Assembly (NCBI RefSeq): GCF_009914755.1
Contig: NC_060927.1
Source of the DNA: the human T2T-CHM13v2.0 reference genome, Homo sapiens
DNA: 64,000 nucleotides
Reading direction: 5' to 3' (one strand)
This document shows positions 39,431 through 51,350 of this stretch, piece by piece. Position 1 is the stretch's first letter, and every line of letters starts with the position of its first letter. The notes under the pieces are model-generated. The model saw nothing but the letters and a program-made list of their open reading frames with translations. It did not search any database and had not been told where the DNA came from. The position numbers and the translations under genes are program-made.

Positions 39431-39450
39431 GGAGTGCCCCCTGGTGGAAA
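39431..39450 (-). promoter_or_regulatory. CTCF binding motif
   Basis: Minus strand TTTCCACCAGGGGGCACTCC fully matches the core CCASYAGRKGGCRS. Confidence 0.7.
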
Positions 39451-41505
39451 TGCTTGAAAATATTGTCAGAAAACATTTTGATTAGTGATAATTACTTAAA
39501 AAAAAAAGTCACTTTAGAATAATTTTGGATGCAAAATGACTGCTATCAGATCCCAGATATGGGAATGTATGTTTTGGTCCTGTTCAGGTTGTTGTTACTT
39601 GAATAGCTGCACTCATATTTATATGCTGAATTCAAGATATATGTGGCCACCAGTTCCCATATCCTATAATTGAAGACATAGTACAGACTTGCCAAGGTCA
39701 TTTGTAGTACTGCCCACACAGTGGACAGTAAGCGTGACCTTTTACCAAAAATTCTTCATGCTAAAAAATAGTATGAAAAGGCCATCATGTACCTTATTTA
39801 TGTCATAGAATATGCTGAAACATCAGGACTAAAATATGTCATCAGTATCAAGAATCATTGGCGCTCAATAAATTTGTTGAATTAAATTAAACAAAATCAT
39901 TAGTCATTCTTGTGTCTGAAAAGAACCTGAGAACTTGTATGTTATGTAGGAAGTTACCAGTACCTCATAAATATTCATTTTATTGAAAATCAGAAGCTGC
40001 CTTTCATTGGGACTTCACATCTTACCAATAATTAGATGTGTGCTGTATCTATGAAAACACAAAATTGTTTTGCATTGTCATTACATAGCGGTTAAGTCAG
40101 AGTTCTAATTTTTTCAACTAAAGAATGAATTTACTGCTGAATTCCTAAACCTGTTTTTACATTCCAAAAACAGTTTACAAGTTATTACAAGTAAAATTCA
40201 TTAGTAGTTGTAAAAGAAAGAAAAAACCTCCAATAAATATTATCAGTATTTCCAAAAGCTAATTATGAATTCTTTAAAACAGCAGATAAGCGAAAGAGAC
40301 TGCCAATCTGAACAAAAAGGCTGTCTGGCCTCCCGTTTGTCTCCTCTTTGAACATAATCACTGATTCAAATAGATTTTATCAGCTTCATGGAACTTCAAA
40401 GCCCTCAGGAAGAAAATATGATTTGATGAAACCTCCCTCCTAAAAAGAAAATACATAGAATATTCTTCAAGGCTACCTGCCTCTGTTGTTTGGTGAATTT
40501 TTAATCCTATGTCCAGGTAAAAGACTATTTTCAAACTCCACCTACTACCATGGATTCATGCCAAGTAAGTTTTAAGTAGACACATTTATCTCTGTCGTTT
40601 GGCAGGCTAACCAGAGAGCTGTCTTGTTGGGGTAATAGCACCTTTTTACCTTTTATTCAATAGTGATATGGATAGTGGACTTTTCTTAAATTACACTGTG
40701 AAGAATTATAGAAACACAGTAGCAATTTCTGTTATACTTAAGCAGGCAAATTTCTCTCCACCACATAATTTACAGAACTCAAATTTAATAAAACATTACA
40801 TGATGGTCCATTACTGTTATCAGTTTTGAATAATCCATCTTCATTCTTTATTTTACTGGAAAATAAAGTGTGCCAAAAGACAAGAGGAGGGGGAAGAAAA
40901 AGGGGAAAAAAGCCACAGAGTGGGATCAGAGTTAAACTCTGAATTTTATTCTTTTAAAAATCAAAGGGTATTAAGGAATGTATTTGCATGTATCAGAACC
41001 ATTAAATAGCAATAAGATAGAGAAGTGAATTGAAAAGTAGAAATCTAGAAGCTTTGGCAATTACTTTTAGCCATAGGTTTCCATTAAAAAGACATCAAGT
41101 AGGCATAACTGAATGAATGACATATGCTAAAAGCTGATATCTTCAACGGCAATTAAAGAACCCATGCCCATCAATTCAGAAGGGGAAAAATTCCTTAAAA
41201 CAAGTAACTATATAAGTTTACCATAAATTTTCAGAAAAGGTAGGCTTAAAAAAAAAGCCATGTGCGAAAGTCTTGGGAGGGTAATGTGTTAATATAGGGA
41301 ACCCTATTAAGATGATAAGAAAATTCTCAATAGTTAAAACCTAAGACCCAGGGTTTTAAAGTTATACAGAGCTTCAATGACTAAAATAACCCTCAATTCA
41401 TACAAGTGTTTTCTATCATATTAAGGTCTTAATGCCGTTTATAAGAAACAGTATCTTCATCTGACCCTATCATGTAACTTTGTATTTGTATGTACATATT
41501 TTACA

Positions 41506-41767
41506 TTTTTTTTTTTTTATTATACTTTAAGTTTTAGGGTACATGTGCACATTGTGCAGGTTAGTTACATATGTATACATGTGCCGTGCTGGTGCGCTGC
41601 ACCCACTAACTCGTCATCTAGCATTAGGTATATCTCCCAATGCTATCCCTCCCCCCTCCCCCCACCCCACAACAGTCCCCAGAGTGTGATATTCCCCTTC
41701 CTGTGTCCATGTGATCTCATTGTTCAATTCCCACCTATGAGTGAGAATATGCGGTGTTTGGTTTTTT
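41506..41767 (-). mobile_element. 5'-truncated young L1 (L1PA2/L1PA3-like) 3' end, about 260 bp, sense to SATB1
   Basis: Near-perfect match to the L1PA 3'UTR with poly(A). Diagnostic GATGACGAGTTAGTGGG has GAG, not the ACA of L1HS-Ta or ACG of pre-Ta; also AACTTAAAGTAT. Confidence 0.92.
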
Positions 41768-42663
41768 AATGTTTTAAAAGTTGGAGTTGGAACTGCACAT
41801 TGTACTAGGTGCACACAAATGTGTGATGTGTGATTTAACTCTGCAGAGCTCCTTGTCTATACATACGCATTAGCATGTGTATTTTCATACTCCACACTCA
41901 CACCATACCCTCTGCACCTGCTTTTATTGAAATGCATACACTTTGAAATCAACACACTACATCCAGTCATACCAATGCATAATCATTAAAAAATAAATGC
42001 AGCTGTGTATGTATGTGTGTGTGGTTTTTAAGAATGACCAATGAAAATAAATTCATGCCTGCATGTGCAAAAGTTAGTTCTCAAGGAATTAATATTGAAA
42101 TATATATACAAATTTCCTCTTAAGTCAAACATCTTCAAATATGGCCCTATATCTACTTTGACTGAAGAGTATCAATTATCAATATAAAGCTTTAAAACAC
42201 CCTTCATAATCCAGGGCACTAAATATTTTTTTGGTAATGACTTTTTTTCCTAAATTGGCTATTATTAATAAGGAGGTATCTGCAATCAAGCTATACAAGG
42301 TAAAGTTTTCATTCTCCTCTCACAGAAAAAAAAGTCACTGTTTTTGATATTAACCACAGAGATGATTACCTTTTTCAAAGAGATTAATATGGTATAAAAG
42401 AGAAAATTTTGCCTTTCTTCCAGTAACAAATCCTGTAGATATTGTGGAATTTGTCCTTTTAAGGACCAAAGGCAGAACAAATGGCCAACTCCTCATAGTA
42501 ATGGCTGTAACATCATAAACCCAAAAGGAGAAAAGCTGTAATGATGGGTGACAACTTTATCCTCACTTCTCTGAGTTCTACTGTCTTAGCATTCTTCACT
42601 ATATAAAGGACACTTACTTAGTGCTTTAAGAAATAACTGCTCAATTTTTAAGACACCAGTAAC

Positions 42664-42734
42664 TATATATATACACATATATACATATATATACACACAC
42701 ACATATATATACACATATATATACGTATATATAT
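42664..42734. repeat. (TA)/(CA) compound microsatellite
   Basis: Direct reading. Confidence 0.85.
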
Positions 42735-43755
42735 AATTTGTGTCTATGTCATGATGTCTTTGTGGGCTTTTAACTCAATTCAAAAAAGCATTATTGAAAT
42801 GTTATGTAGAGACCTACTTTTTTTGGCCTAGTACGGAGAATTATTAGTACTTACTATATTTACTAAAATAAAGAATGCTACCAGAAACAGGAATATTTAG
42901 AGGGTTGACTTTTGAGCCATTCATTTTCAATAATTATCCCCCAACTGAATATAGGTGTCATATTAAGTTCACCAGCTAATGATGAACACAGTTTTTTAAG
43001 CTATAAAGATATAGAACTAGGTAAAACCATACAATTTTAACCTGAGACATAGCCTTGTGCAACTGCCTTTTCAAAAACAGACGAACGTACAAAAAAAAAA
43101 AAAAAAGATGAATCGACTGAAAACAAACACTGAATTAGAGGCTTTGTCAGGTCTCCTAACTCCCCATCTAGTTAAGGCACGCCAAAAATAAGTCACAGCT
43201 GGGATTCTCCTAGGTATGGAAACTCTGCAAACTAGGAATTAATACTAGATTACTTCTGTACCAGAATTTTATTCTCATAATCATAATCATGTAATAAACA
43301 AAATAACTTAAATATGAAAGGAAAATGTGAGTCAGGCCAAAAAATAAGATAAATTGACAAAAGAAAGAACAGTGGTAAAACAAAAGAGCTGAAAAGGCAT
43401 AATGTCCTTCTTCTAATCAAAGTTACGCGGTTTTTCGTTTTTGTTTGTTTTTTGGTTTTGTTGTTGTTTTTTGTTTTGTTTTAGTGTACCTGGGCCAAAA
43501 ATAAACACCATATATATCACGTATCATACTAGTTTCCAAACAAAGAAAAAAATTCTTCTCATTCACAGTTCAACAGAGTCAATTTGTTTAGGGCTTCTCA
43601 AATATCTTTATCTTATGACCTCTCATATATATCACTTTTTCTCCATGACCCTCTTAAACATCTTCCAGGCTGATAGATAGTACCTTCACAGGAATTGGGC
43701 CAGGAAGACAAAGGTGTGCACATTAGGGGTATAAGCAGGCAGTGAGATCTCTACA

Positions 43756-43963
43756 AATGAGTCTGCAAACTAAGGCCTGCCAGCCACACTTACTCCATGG
43801 CCTGTTTTATAAATAGTTTTACTGAAATACTACCATACCCAGTGCCATTCATTTATAGTCTATGGCTGCTTTATTACTCTACAGTGTGACCGAGATTTAA
43901 GTGCTTCAAAACCTAAAATATTTACTATCTGGTCGATAACAGAATAAAGTTTGCTGATGCCTG
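43756..43963 (+). mobile_element. MER58A-like hAT-Charlie MITE
   Basis: GTCTGCAAACTAAGGCCTG...GTCTATGGCTGCTTT...CCTAAAATATTTACTATCTGG...AAAGTTTGCTGATGCCTG, followed by GTCTAGAC (Charlie-type target). Confidence 0.8.
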
Positions 43964-44097
43964 GTCTAGACAATGAATTTGGAAGACAATAGCATGAGGG
44001 AGCGCACACAGCTTACAAATATTTTATGTTAATAAGTCATATAATATTTTTTCAAAATGGCTGCTTAGAATTAAGTGGATTATTGCTTCCAAGGTGT

Positions 44098-44128
44098 TAA
44101 CAACAACAAACAACAACAACAACAACAA
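44098..44128. repeat. Interrupted (AAC)n microsatellite
   Basis: Direct reading. Confidence 0.8.
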
Positions 44129-44565
44129 TGCTGCAGTAGAACTTTAAGAGGGAACATTTATATACCTAAGTTTGATATGGGTAGTAACAACATAAATGGA
44201 AAAGACAATAGGCTAGAAGCCTGGAATCCTGCCAATAGCCTTGACTGAGTCATGAAACTTTTCTTAACCATCTACTATAGCTTATGATTCCATTATATAA
44301 AAGCATAAGTAATGCCAGTTTAAAGTACGTTTGACATTTAATTAGTCTTTCAAAGGCCCTGAATTGGGATCAATCTGCACATAGGTTCCCTTGATTCAGA
44401 AGTATATCATAGGAAAAGGAGTGGTAAAATTGAGGCTCCACCAGGAATAGGTAATATGATCACATGAAGAGAGAGAGAAAATGTTAGTACAGAAGTAAAA
44501 GAATAAACTTTAGTTATAGATGGGACTAAAGAAAGAGAAAATAGGAGACAGCACAGAACCACTTA

Positions 44566-45057
<492 letters not shown>

Positions 45058-47139
45058 TCACATTCAGCCAACAATGATTGGCATTGATAAAGATTTCTAA
45101 CCATTTCCTAAATTAAAAAAGGGTAGGCACAGGGCACACCCCAAATCCAATAAAACCAAGAAAATTTCAAGTTGCAACTTACCAGGCTGTGTTTTTGCTC
45201 TCCTTTCCTGAACAATTCTACAAACTTTGGAAATGGGACAGCATTCCTAATCTTATTTTTAAAAAGTGGTTTAGATTTAAGGCATAAAATCAATTATTAC
45301 CCAAACTCTTTCCAACTAGTTGTTCACTCTCACTTATTACCCCAAGAAGGCTTCTAAGCAACAATTTTTAAAAATGGCTTCTAAAAGAATGTCATTTGCT
45401 TAATGACAACTACAAACAGTGAGCTGAGCTGAGAAAATAAGCTTATAATAAGCAACTAAAAAAATTTACAAATATATTCTCATGATATTCATTAACTTTA
45501 GTACTCTAGGAAAAAGGTGTAAAAGAAAAAATATGACATAAAAAGTCACCTACTTTCAATTTTTACCCAGCAGTGAATAGAAGTAGTTAATGTAATAAAT
45601 AAAAATGGGCATAATAATAAGTGTATATTGAACACTTGCTGAATATCTTATATGCCTTGCTTCATTTTAATTCTAACCATCATGGGCAGTAGGTATATCT
45701 GGAAATACTTTTTAGAATAAAGCAAGTGATTTATTGTATATCAAGCCAGCATACCCAGTGTTGCTAAGATCCAAATGTTTTTTCTTCAGGAAGCTATGGC
45801 CATCACCAGATGCTAAAGACAATCTTGCAGGGAATCGTTCTGGTACAATGGTGAGGCTGTCATGATTTTGCAATTTATTCCCACCTACCCAGGATGAATG
45901 CTTCTTCCTTGGCTAGGTTCCTCATATGGATTGGCTGAGCATCATCTCTAAGTATGTAAATGCTTTTCTGTACGAAGAGGAGACTGGTTCGATGCTCTTG
46001 GCTGGAAGGGCTGAGCATGAAGCTGTACATAAACAGGACTTTCCAAATTGTACACAGACTTCCCACATGTAGACTCTAGTTTGATTTTAATCATCAATTC
46101 TCTTTTCATTAAATATGCAGGTTTTACATTTAGAGGAACTTTATCATAGCGCTATAGCTCCTGATATACGCAAAATATAACTAAGAATTGGGGAAGAAAT
46201 CTTCAATTTCTACCAGTGATATCAGCCCAAGTGGGCCATTCACAGAGAACAGTAATTCAAGCAATTATTCCAAAAATGATGCATTGTCTTCATTACAGCC
46301 TTAAGCTATAAAAGGCAAAGAATCCATTTTGGTAGATGGATGGTTTTTCTTCAAATATTAAGAGCTAAAACTTGCTCAAAATTTGGATTAATTTTTCTTA
46401 AAAAATTAAAAAAAAATTAAATGAATGTAAAGAAATAAATAGAAATAGATTTAAAACAGGACATAATGCCCATTCCTATATTATTTTAAAATATATGTTT
46501 TGGAGGGTAAAAGTAGGTGAAAGAGAACAGTAATAAAAATTAAAACATTAACCTTAATCACAGTGTTTGCTTTTGTGAACATTAACAAACTCAACAGAGA
46601 GAAAATGCCATCATCTAAATGCTTAGGTACCATACACAACTTTTATCTATCATTTTACACTGCAGATAATTTTAGTGTACTTCTTGCATAACAAATATTC
46701 ACCTAAAGTTATGTGTTAAGATAGAATGCTACCTTGGAATTAAAAGTTCAGAAATGATGCAATAATTGTTCTGGTATGGATGGTAAAGCAATGTGCTTAT
46801 CAAAGTGCCCATCCATGGGGGCTGGGGGTTAGAGCTATAAAAATCACTTGATCTCTACTGTGGAAACTATAAATAGTTTAATTTAAGAAGTTTAATTTCC
46901 TTTAAAATTGGGTGTAAAAATAGGCACTTTCTCATTCAACCAGACAAAAACAAAAAACCTAAAAGCAAGACTTATCAGAGAAAGAAATCACAGCTAATAT
47001 TAGTTATTCAAGGCCTGGTTAGGTCTTCACTGAGTTGTTAAAAAATGACAGCTCCCCTCCCAACGCCTCAATTTCCTGCATGTCTGACAACCAAGTCAGT
47101 TTGGCTGATTTAAACACAAACATTTATTGAATTTAATTA

Positions 47140-47475
<336 letters not shown>

Positions 47476-47800
47476 TCAATTGTGGCAACTGTATTTTTTT
47501 AATCAACTGAGTACCAATACATTTTGGTTTCACACTTTAGCCTAAAGCTTCGACTTCTTAATATTCATTAAGTAGATCATCAAATGCTTATTTAAGTAGA
47601 AAGCAACAGCCCACTGAGACCAGTATAAAGCTATCAAACCCACAGACTTTGCTCTAGCATTCATTGAATCTCCATCAATGCCATCTATTACTAGGCTGTC
47701 AAACTCACTGGTCCCAATAAATCCAAATACATGAAGATGACTTTATAATTGTGACTCATAAATATACGAGACTTCGCGATTTTTTGACTGGACTCTACAT

Positions 47801-47963
47801 CTTTTCTACTCAAAGTATAGACCAGGGACCAGCAATATGGGCATCACTTGGAAGCTTGTTAGAAATGCAGAATCTTGGGCCCTACCCCAGACCAGTGCAC
47901 TTAGCAGCTGAATTTTACCAAGATCCCAGGGGATTCACATGTATATTAAAATTTGAGCAACAG
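47801..47963 (+). mobile_element. MER5A/MER5A1 hAT-Charlie MITE
   Basis: CTACTCAAAGT...GGACCAGCA...CATCACTTGGAAGCTTGTTAGAAATGCAGAATCT...CCCCAGACC...ATTAAAATTTGAG. Confidence 0.85.
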
Positions 47964-49369
47964 AACTTGCACTTTCCACTCTATTATTTGGATTTAAAGT
48001 GGACGCGCATTAACACTGATCAAAGGTTAACTGACCGTATTTGAGAAGAAACAAACTATTCACAGAGATCCTCTATCAAGAGAAAAACATTCTGCAATCT
48101 TATTACTGGCTTCATCAATAGTAAAGCTTAAGTTTTGAATTTCAAACCGATCATAAAAATTTTAAATTTATACATTTCATGCTTCTAAATTTCTCAAGGA
48201 TACCACAAAAAGATGACCTATTGTGACTTATCTTTATCCTGCTTTTAATAAATGCCCGGAAAACTGTCAGCCCTTTAACATACAAAAATGAAGAAAAACA
48301 TGATTTTAATGAATCACTAGGAGGGTTTCTTTTTTTAAATCATTTTCAATCTTCCCAGCAAATTTTGGTTACGGTAATTTCAATGACTAAATTCATGGTC
48401 CATATTAACCTGTTACCCATATTCTCTAGTAACAGCTAACTTAATTTCCTACCGAGTCTTAGGAGTAAGATTTTGTAGCACCAATCTATCCCTCACCCCT
48501 ATGTGCAGAAACATGAGAACTCACATTTCAGACATCAGTTGGTCTATGGTGAAATAATTTATAGAAGGCAGCATTGTTCAGGAGGCAGTGAACAACCAGA
48601 AAAGCCAGTTTGGGGACAAAAGTATTTTTATATAATTATCTTCTTTAAGTTACCTCTAATGTAAAGCTCTTTCAGTTATTATTCATTCTCCTGACATCCA
48701 CTATCAGTGTTAATTCTGTAGCATGCACACATTTCTGGAATATGTAAATTTGGGGGATCTCTAAAGAACTTCCAGTGAAGGATAAGCTGGAGTCGCATTA
48801 TTTATGTAAAACACAGCTATCTTTCCTAAGAGGCACTGTGATATCTTTTTTTTTGACACTCTCTATAGTCATTTTCACATTTTATATCTCTAAAAAGACA
48901 TTCTTAATGTGTTCATGATGCTCTGCCATTAATCCAATAGCTTGCAATTTCACTAAGAGCCTCCCACAGTCCACAGTGTAAAAAGACACTTAGCAAAGTT
49001 GCCAAAACCAGAGCCAGAAGATTACCTGATCTGTCAGCTTCAATCTCACTTACTCTCTTGTAATAAGGGATCAATAAAGTCAGACACTAATAAAAACTAT
49101 TGAGATCGCTGATGGATAATGGTGATTCTTCTGCAAATGGATGACAGTTGATGTTCTTCCACTCTGGTCCAATTTTTAAAAAAATTATTACTCTTTATCT
49201 AGACATTCTGGCAGTTCCTTAAATGTTAATAATACACATGAGTTCTAGATGTGGTTTATGTCTTACTTTTTAGAAGTGTATGGAATATCCAAATTTTGCC
49301 GAGGTTTTTGACAAACATCCAGTCTACTCCAGTTTGCCAACAGTTCTATATATGAAATTTGCTCTTTGC

Positions 49370-49560
49370 TGCACACCTACTATATGCCTGGCTGGTAGTA
49401 AGGATGCAAAGATGGCAGACAGCCTCTGCCTACAAAGATGAGGCACCTGTCATCCAAAGATGGCGGACAGCCTCTGCCTACAAGAAGTTTACTATCTATT
49501 AAGAACACAGATATGTAAATAGATCATCTCAATTTAATGTGATTTGGTATATCAACAGTG
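49370..49560 (-). mobile_element. L2 fragment carrying an internal duplication
   Basis: GCACACCTACTATATGCCTGG...GACAGCCTCTGCCTACAAGAAGTTTACTATCTA is an antisense L2 3' end. Confidence 0.5.
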
Positions 49561-50504
49561 GAAAATGTATAGGGGACGACGGAAGGAAGAATCATCCATG
49601 GTGTGTGTGAAAAAATGTCTGAAATAGTTTTATAAAACTAGAACCTATATGTAATAGTGCTATACAGTTTATTATTATTCGTACATGGAAAATAATATCC
49701 ATATGTGCATCATTGTCAAAGCTTCCCCCTACCCTACTTAACCCTAAATTGGTAGGTTCTGGGCTTAAGTGCTTTTCTGTCACATGGTGTATGCTTAGGA
49801 AACTCTGATTAATGTAAATAATAGCCTAAGCAAGACTTAAATCAAAAGGCTAATCCGTAACTTATAATGCATGACAAAGCAACTTTTTGGATTCCCTATC
49901 TTTCTGTGCTTTTGGGTGACTGGGAAATATTTCCTAATTCAGGTAACTTGGAGTCATGTCTATTTTTATTGGACAATATGCAATAATCTGTCCAATTAGA
50001 TTGCTCCTATAGCCACTTCATGAGGTGTATGTGTGTGGGCGTGGGCGTGTGTGTGTGTTTCAGGTGGTAAAATTCCTACTAAAGGCTTAGGCATAGCATT
50101 GGAGTAGACCAGCCAGCCGGTTTCAATGGCAGGAAAGAGACTGCAGAATTTTGTGGTGCACATGGCATTTGAAAAATCATATACAGTAGTGTAATCTTAA
50201 ATTTAGAATATCAGGAAAAAAACACGTAATGTTTTGATAACACAAATAAAAAAGTCATGATTGGTAAAATTTTCCTAGGTGGTGGGATGTACAGATAGTA
50301 GGCCAAGTTCCATGTTAGAAAGGCTTGGGATTCTTGTGTCACTTAAAAGGAGGTACTGGTTTAAAAAGATTGCACTAAGCTGTGAGTTCACGTAGGTCTG
50401 GGGCACCATATTATTTTCTAGCTCAATGCCTGGCATGCATTAATATAAACACTAAATGTTCATCTGACAAAACAGAATAGAAATAAACATATATTCAAGT
50501 GAGG

Positions 50505-50620
50505 ATGTGTCACACACTGGTAGTATGACCTTGGGTCAAATAGTTGACCATTCCATCACAATTTCCTATGCTAAATGGGAATGATAATAGCATACACCTC
50601 ATGGAGTTGTTCTGAGAATC
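50505..50620 (+). mobile_element. MIR fragment
   Basis: TATGACCTTGGG...AAATGGGAATGATAATAGCATACACCTCATGGAGTTGTTCTGAGAAT. Confidence 0.6.
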
Positions 50621-50624
50621 CATC

Positions 50625-50745
50625 AATTCAGGCATTTTTAAAATTCATTTAGCATATACTTAAATTCTACTATGTGCCAAGCACTGGGCAAGTCACTAGG
50701 AAAATAATGACTTGAAGAGACATATTATCTGCCCTTGGACAGGAA
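50625..50745 (-). mobile_element. L2 3' end fragment
   Basis: ATTCATTTAGCATATACTTAAATTCTACTATGTGCCAAGCACTGGGC. Confidence 0.55.
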
Positions 50746-51139
50746 ATAATAGATGTGATACAATTAGCACAGAGCCTGTAACATATTACATATAGACTGA
50801 AGAGATATTAATTACTATGACAATCCTTTGCCTCCTCCTCATCACTGGGCTTTCATTATATGATCACATTTCATATCAGGTGACTATGTTTTGAGTATCA
50901 GATAAAATTTTCAAATGATATACAGTATTTTGAGTCTTTTTAATGTAGAATGAAGTATACTGATTAAATTATTAAGTTACAAGTTGGTACAAGGAATAGT
51001 AAAGGAAAACACCACGGGGAAATATTTCTTTCCTTCTCATACTCCAATTTGGTGGTGTTTTCTGAAGCTGGCCTATATCTGGTAGAAAGCATCAAGAAGG
51101 CACACCACTCCTCTGGCTTGGATGCACGGCCCATGCCCT

Positions 51140-51350
51140 CTCCCATCTCTAGCTAACAGCTGCTCATCCTTCAGGATACAGCCTGGGCATCCTTGCTTCC
51201 ATGAGGCCTTTCCTAACTTCCCAAACCTCCTGCAGCAGAGCACTCATCCTGCTGTTTATTTTGCACTGGACTGTGGGCCTTAGGTCTCATCTGAATATAT
51301 CCTGGACTCATCAGAGGGCTGGACACAGACTAGGTGATCAATAAAAAGGG
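51140..51350 (+). mobile_element. L2 3' fragment
   Basis: CTGCTCATCCTTCAGG...CTTCCATGAGGCCTTTCCTAAC...GGCTGGACACAGACTAGGTGATCAATAAA. Confidence 0.5.

Noticed and set aside
41506-41767. Active-subfamily L1HS-Ta insertion
   Set aside because: Has GAG rather than ACA/ACG at the 3'UTR diagnostic site and lacks the Ta-type G near the end.
41545-41814. ORFs 41545..41769 and 41614..41814 as proteins
   Set aside because: They are translations of the L1 ORF2 end/3'UTR.
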